Below are positions 60,292-64,000 of a stretch of DNA of 64,000 nucleotides, piece by piece. How positions within the stretch are numbered: position 1 is the stretch's first letter; every line of letters starts with the position of its first letter. The position numbers were made by a program, and so were the translations under genes. Origin of the DNA: Candidatus Poribacteria bacterium (GTDB lineage Bacteria > Poribacteria > WGA-4E > PCPOR2b); contig OZ242351.1 of assembly GCA_965208675.1 (NCBI GenBank), forward strand, positions 1,088,001 through 1,152,000, given 5' to 3'. The notes beneath the pieces are model-generated. The model did no database searches. It worked only from the letters and a program-made list of their open reading frames with translations, and had not been told where the DNA came from.

Positions 60292-61080
60292 TCACCCATG
60301 GACTGCGTCTGCAAATCTCTTCATCAACGAAATGGAGTTTTGCTGTTCAATGACGTTTCCTGTCACGATAAAGTCCGCCCCGGCGTTGACCTTTGCAACC
60401 GCCATCTCGGGCGTAGTGATTCCTCCACCCACTATGATAGGGATAGTGACATGTTTGCGAACTGCGCCGATTATTTCGTCGGGAACCGGTATTTTTGCAC
60501 CGCTGCCCGCCTCAAGGTAGATGAACTTCATACCGAGATACTCTGCGGCAAGCGCGTGCGCCCACGCAATGTCCAATTTATCACGCGGGAGCGGGGCGGT
60601 CCCGCTCATAACTTCAACCGAAGTAGCGGTACCACCGTCAATAAGCATATACCCTGTGGATATCGCCTCTATACCACAACGGTGAATCAATGGCGCCGCT
60701 TTAACCTGCTCGCCGATTAGAAAATTGGCATTCCGGCCGCTGATTAGGCTTAGATATAATATGGCATCGGCATGTTGGGATAGGTGCATAGAGTCCCCGG
60801 GGAACACAATGACCGGTAACGACGTCTCATCCCTCAAGGCCTTTGCAAACGGGTTGAGGTCATTTGTCAAGAGGCTGCTCCCCAGCAACAGTGCATCAAC
60901 TCCGGCTTCTTCCGCTTGATGCGCAGCATGAACGCAATCCGCGATGGAATGCCGATCCGGGTCTAAGAGTACGATGTAGCCTGCTCTGCATCTTGACAGG
61001 ACATTCCGTAGGTAATCTAAGGTTGAACCTGATTTCATGGGGTTAGGTGTTTGGAGATATGTTTTTTCAATTCTTCTCAC
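60292..61080 (-). CDS. Geranylgeranylglyceryl phosphate (GGGP) synthase, group II-like (start may be ATG 61038)
   Basis: 'LLDPD', 'FPG', 'SLISGRNANFLIGEQV', 'TGYMLIDGG', 'YLEAGSGA' and 'IVGGGI', all GGGP/HepGP synthase TIM-barrel motifs. Confidence 0.9.
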   Translation of the reverse strand: MRRIEKTYLQTPNPMKSGSTLDYLRNVLSRCRAGYIVLLDPDRHSIADCVHAAHQAEEAGVDALLLGSSLLTNDLNPFAKALRDETSLPVIVFPGDSMHLSQHADAILYLSLISGRNANFLIGEQVKAAPLIHRCGIEAISTGYMLIDGGTATSVEVMSGTAPLPRDKLDIAWAHALAAEYLGMKFIYLEAGSGAKIPVPDEIIGAVRKHVTIPIIVGGGITTPEMAVAKVNAGADFIVTGNVIEQQNSISLMKRFADAVHG

Positions 61081-61116
61081 GCCGCCATTGAATCTGATGG
61101 AATTAGACCGATTGCG

Positions 61117-62310
61117 TCAGAGCCATCCAGAGAGTATGAGATGTCTCAATTCCAGTAGTAAGCGTGGTTGGTGCATCAATACCGTCTTAAAAATCTGCGT
61201 CATGTTGACCTTGTCAGGCGGCATCTTTGACACCACCTCTGCACACTTGTCAAAAAGGTCATCACTGAATTTGAGCACACCATCTCGTATTCGGCAGACG
61301 TGCTTGAAATTACTGCCAATTTCCTTATCCCACCGGTTTTGATATTCGCTCAAAATCTTTGCGGACACATCTCCAATCTGGATTGCATTGACCGCAGCCT
61401 CGGCGGCAAATTGTCCCGAATACATTGCGTTTGCGATTCCACCGCCAGAAATAGGATCGCTATGGTGCGCCGCATCGCCAATCAGAGCGATTCCGTCTCC
61501 GACAATCTTGGGCAGGCTATTGCCTACCGGCACACATCCGACGACCTGCGCAAGAATTTTTCCGTGTGGAAATTTTCGTTTGACGAATTCATTTAGATAG
61601 TCGATGGCGAGCTTCCCGCCCTTGCCTGAGATTGTCCCGCCAATTCCGATGCCGACATTCGCAATGTCATCTCCCTTGGGGAAAACCCAGGCATAGCCTC
61701 GCGGCGCAAGCTCCCGCCCAAGGTAAAAATCGCAGAAATCGGGGATAATGTCGATCTTAGAAATTAAGTATTGGGCGCAAATGTCCACGTCCCGTAAATC
61801 GTGTGTGCTATCTATGCCCGCCCATCGAGCTACCTGCGATTCAATTCCGTCGGCGGCGATCACGACCTTCGCCTTGCATGAGTAGTCACGTCCGAAATAA
61901 CGGAATTCCACCCCGTTGACGAAACCGTCATCTGACTTGGAAACGGTAGTCACCCTGGCTTTAACAATTATGTCGGCACCCGCGTCCGCCGCCATTTCCG
62001 CCAAGACACGATCGAAGACCTTGCGCTCTAAAACATAACCGGCGCCCGGAAAATGGATTGTGGCGGGGGTTTCGTTTGGAGAAAAGATTCGAGCACCGTT
62101 AATCTCGCGCGAAACCCACGCCGGATCGGGCTGCACAAACTCGCACAGCGACGCTGTGCCAATCCCCTCCGCTCAACGCACGGGCGCCCCGATTTCCTGA
62201 CGTTTTTCCAACAATAAGACACGCAATCCATTATCTGCGGCAACCTTTGCTGCTATTGCGCCTCCAGGACCGGCACCGACAACAATGACATCATAGTCCG
62301 AGTGAAACAT
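61117..62310 (-). CDS. Geranylgeranyl reductase (digeranylgeranylglycerophospholipid reductase-like), 397 aa if the in-frame TGA at codon 46 is read through (probable Sec)
   Basis: Two track ORFs (62173-62418 and 61117-62136) share one frame. Joined they read [17 protein letters not shown]...[19 protein letters not shown]...ADGIES...[12 protein letters not shown]...[19 protein letters not shown]. The ATG overlaps the ferredoxin stop (TGATG). Confidence 0.85.
62143..62172 (-). promoter_or_regulatory. Candidate bacterial SECIS element
   Basis: The mRNA after UGA reads GCGGAGGGGAUUG-GCACAGC-GUC-GCUGUGC. This is a perfect 7-bp stem starting 14 nt after UGA, with the loop G at +21 followed by U. 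Confidence 0.6.
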
Positions 62311-62528
62311 CAAAAAAGTCCCCGTCCTTCGTATGCCGGGTAATACACCTTGCCGTTTCGTTCTAATGCAAGCACGCCTACCGGGCAACCTTTGATGCAC
62401 CGCGCACAGTCGGTACACTTTGGCTGGTCAATTTTCAGGTAAATATCAACGAGATCAATGATGTTCTCAGGACAGACGGCAACACAAGCCCCGCAATAAC
62501 TACAAAGTTCTTCGTCTATAAGAATCAT
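62310..62528 (-). CDS. 2x[4Fe-4S] ferredoxin
   Basis: [12 protein letters not shown] and [12 protein letters not shown]. Confidence 0.92.
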   Translation of the reverse strand: MILIDEELCSYCGACVAVCPENIIDLVDIYLKIDQPKCTDCARCIKGCPVGVLALERNGKVYYPAYEGRGLF

Positions 62529-62639
62529 CGCATGCCTTTCCCGCTTGAGAACGTAATTTCTTCAGCGTGAGTTTCCTAATATTTGGATTCATTTAACGTT
62601 TAATGGTCAACTACTTTTCTTATGCATTTGCTATCGAAG

Positions 62640-63461
62640 TTAATTTATCGCTTGAAGCTGCTGACGGCGGGCGTGTTCATACAGTATTATTCCAGCGGCG
62701 ACCGCAACGTTCAAAGAGGATTGGCCGGGCGCCATAGGAATCTTGACAAGGTTGGTGCAGCGCTGGAGAATTTCTCTCCTGATTCCTTCGTTTTCATTTC
62801 CCACCACAATCGCCACGGGCGTAGTAAGTTCCAGATCATACAGGCTTTTGTTTGCCTTAGCGGTGGCACCGAGAATCTCAAATCCCGCCGAAATCAACTC
62901 GCGGAAATAATCTTCCGGCGACTCGCAAAATGCCAGTGAAATGCGCCCAACAGCCCCTCTCGCCGCTCGAACACAGTTCTTATGGTAGGGGTTTGCACCT
63001 TCTCCGATGAATACGACGCATTCAACTGCCGCCGCTTCAGCCGTGCGCAGCACCATGCCAAGGTTATCCGGATTGGTGATGCTATCAGCGATTAGCAGCA
63101 TACTCTCCGCGGACAAGTGAAAATTTGAAACGTTCCGGTAATTCATCCAAACCGATGCAACCACGGCTGGAACCGGTCTCGTGCTAGTAATGGTCCCCAT
63201 TATTCCGGAGCTAAGCATAAATGGTGCGAAATTTGCTGCAACGGCATTTTTCAGTAATGCAACCCCTAGGTCATTCGCCAACAGGTCGGGAGTGTAGAGG
63301 ATTTTGTCAACCGGTAACTTGTCATGAACTGCACGATTAACGAGTGTAACGCCTTCAACCACAAATCTCGACGCCTTCAACCTCCCGTTTAGAGAGGTGA
63401 GTTTGCGAAAGTCAGTGATGATAGGATGCTTCTTATTGTGTATAACCGCTCGGTTCGCCAC
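62640..63461 (-). CDS. TrmH/SpoU-family RNA methyltransferase
   Basis: 'NPDNLGMVLRTA', 'VVGNENEGI' and 'IPM...SSLNVAVAAGIILYE'. Confidence 0.9.
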   Translation of the reverse strand: MANRAVIHNKKHPIITDFRKLTSLNGRLKASRFVVEGVTLVNRAVHDKLPVDKILYTPDLLANDLGVALLKNAVAANFAPFMLSSGIMGTITSTRPVPAVVASVWMNYRNVSNFHLSAESMLLIADSITNPDNLGMVLRTAEAAAVECVVFIGEGANPYHKNCVRAARGAVGRISLAFCESPEDYFRELISAGFEILGATAKANKSLYDLELTTPVAIVVGNENEGIRREILQRCTNLVKIPMAPGQSSLNVAVAAGIILYEHARRQQLQAIN

Positions 63462-63467
63462 TTATGT

Positions 63468-64000
63468 CTATGGGGAAGATCCAAGGTAGATTGCCCCCAA
63501 TCCAATGAAAATGTCCCACTTCATCCATTTTTGAATCTTTGCGCTGTTGGCTTTAGAATCATTCCGCCAAAGCCGAAAGCCTAAATAGATTAAAACCAAA
63601 TCCACACCCACGATAACGGTTAAAAGATAATGCCACGAGTACCAATTCAGTAAATAAGGAATAGGACTGAACAGTATGACCGCGGTGATGAAGATGAGTG
63701 CAACCAGCACGGCAACTCGTTTTCCCCAAACAACCGGGATTGTACCTGCATCGTTCCGAACATCACCCTCCATATCCTCAATGTCTTTAATTATCTCTCT
63801 TGCGGTGGTAAACAGGAACGCAAATACCGCTGGAACGAACGTACCGTATACAGTCAGCACCGAGGTTCCTCCTACAATGAAAGTTAAACCTGTCAGTACC
63901 CCGACTAGGAGGTTACCGAATAATGGTGTCTGTTTCAAGCCGAACGCGTAAAAGCATAGACAACCGGACACGATGACGGTGATTACCGCTGTGGGCACGT
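63468..64000 (-). CDS. UbiA-family prenyltransferase, DGGGP synthase-like; 5' part lies outside the window
   Basis: 'LKQTPLFGNLLVG', 'REIIKDIEDMEGD' and 'TIPVVWG', with several TM helices. Clustered with the GGGP synthase. Confidence 0.8.
   Translation of the reverse strand, partial: VPTAVITVIVSGCLCFYAFGLKQTPLFGNLLVGVLTGLTFIVGGTSVLTVYGTFVPAVFAFLFTTAREIIKDIEDMEGDVRNDAGTIPVVWGKRVAVLVALIFITAVILFSPIPYLLNWYSWHYLLTVIVGVDLVLIYLGFRLWRNDSKANSAKIQKWMKWDIFIGLGAIYLGSSP

Noticed and set aside
60091-61080. Heat-shock (HrcA) control of the lipid operon
   Set aside because: CIRCE lies downstream of the lipid genes and next to the hrcA promoter, so it should regulate only hrcA-grpE-dnaK-dnaJ.
1-64000. Genome-wide TGA reassignment (genetic code 4/25)
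   Set aside because: Many intact genes end at TGA where their families normally end, such as the RND permease, ferredoxin, GGGP synthase and several propellers.

Overview
Bacterial chromosomal window with standard genetic code use (TGA is a common stop). The gene content suggests Ca. Poribacteria or a relative (inference from the PhyH dioxygenase expansion, secreted LamG proteins and a TPR + CRTAC1 pair). Layout: (1) 1-5.3 kb holds an RND permease, a HAL2-type phosphatase and a divergent GH32 + DeoC-like pair. (2) 5.3-20.9 kb has alternating secreted LamG proteins and PhyH dioxygenases, including a tandem duplication, REP/MITE-like repeats, TPR, CRTAC1 and a PQQ-like propeller. (3) 20.9-38.5 kb is an accessory island: type III R-M with two cargo genes, HTH-ImmA plus a broken DUF4411 PIN gene, IS5, SHOCT genes, a tyrosine recombinase with a dif-like site, and IS3. 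(4) 38.6-52.9 kb is an array of seven TolB-like propeller paralogues and a lipoprotein behind a sigma-54-like promoter. (5) 52.9-60.2 kb holds a nitroreductase, a disulfide oxidoreductase and CIRCE-hrcA-grpE-dnaK-dnaJ. (6) 60.3-64 kb is an archaeal-type ether-lipid cluster: DGGGP synthase, TrmH, ferredoxin, geranylgeranyl reductase (GGR) and GGGP synthase. Best candidate for a novel system: the GGR has an in-frame TGA exactly at its conserved active-site Cys, followed by a SECIS-like hairpin, so it may be a selenocysteine GGR in a bacterial archaeal-lipid operon. Second candidate: a short C-terminal motif (VxPxx-K-L-xx-T-W-G-x-[ILM]-K) shared by 12 secreted proteins of three unrelated folds, possibly a protein-sorting signal. 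All calls come from motif reading by eye; no searches were run.
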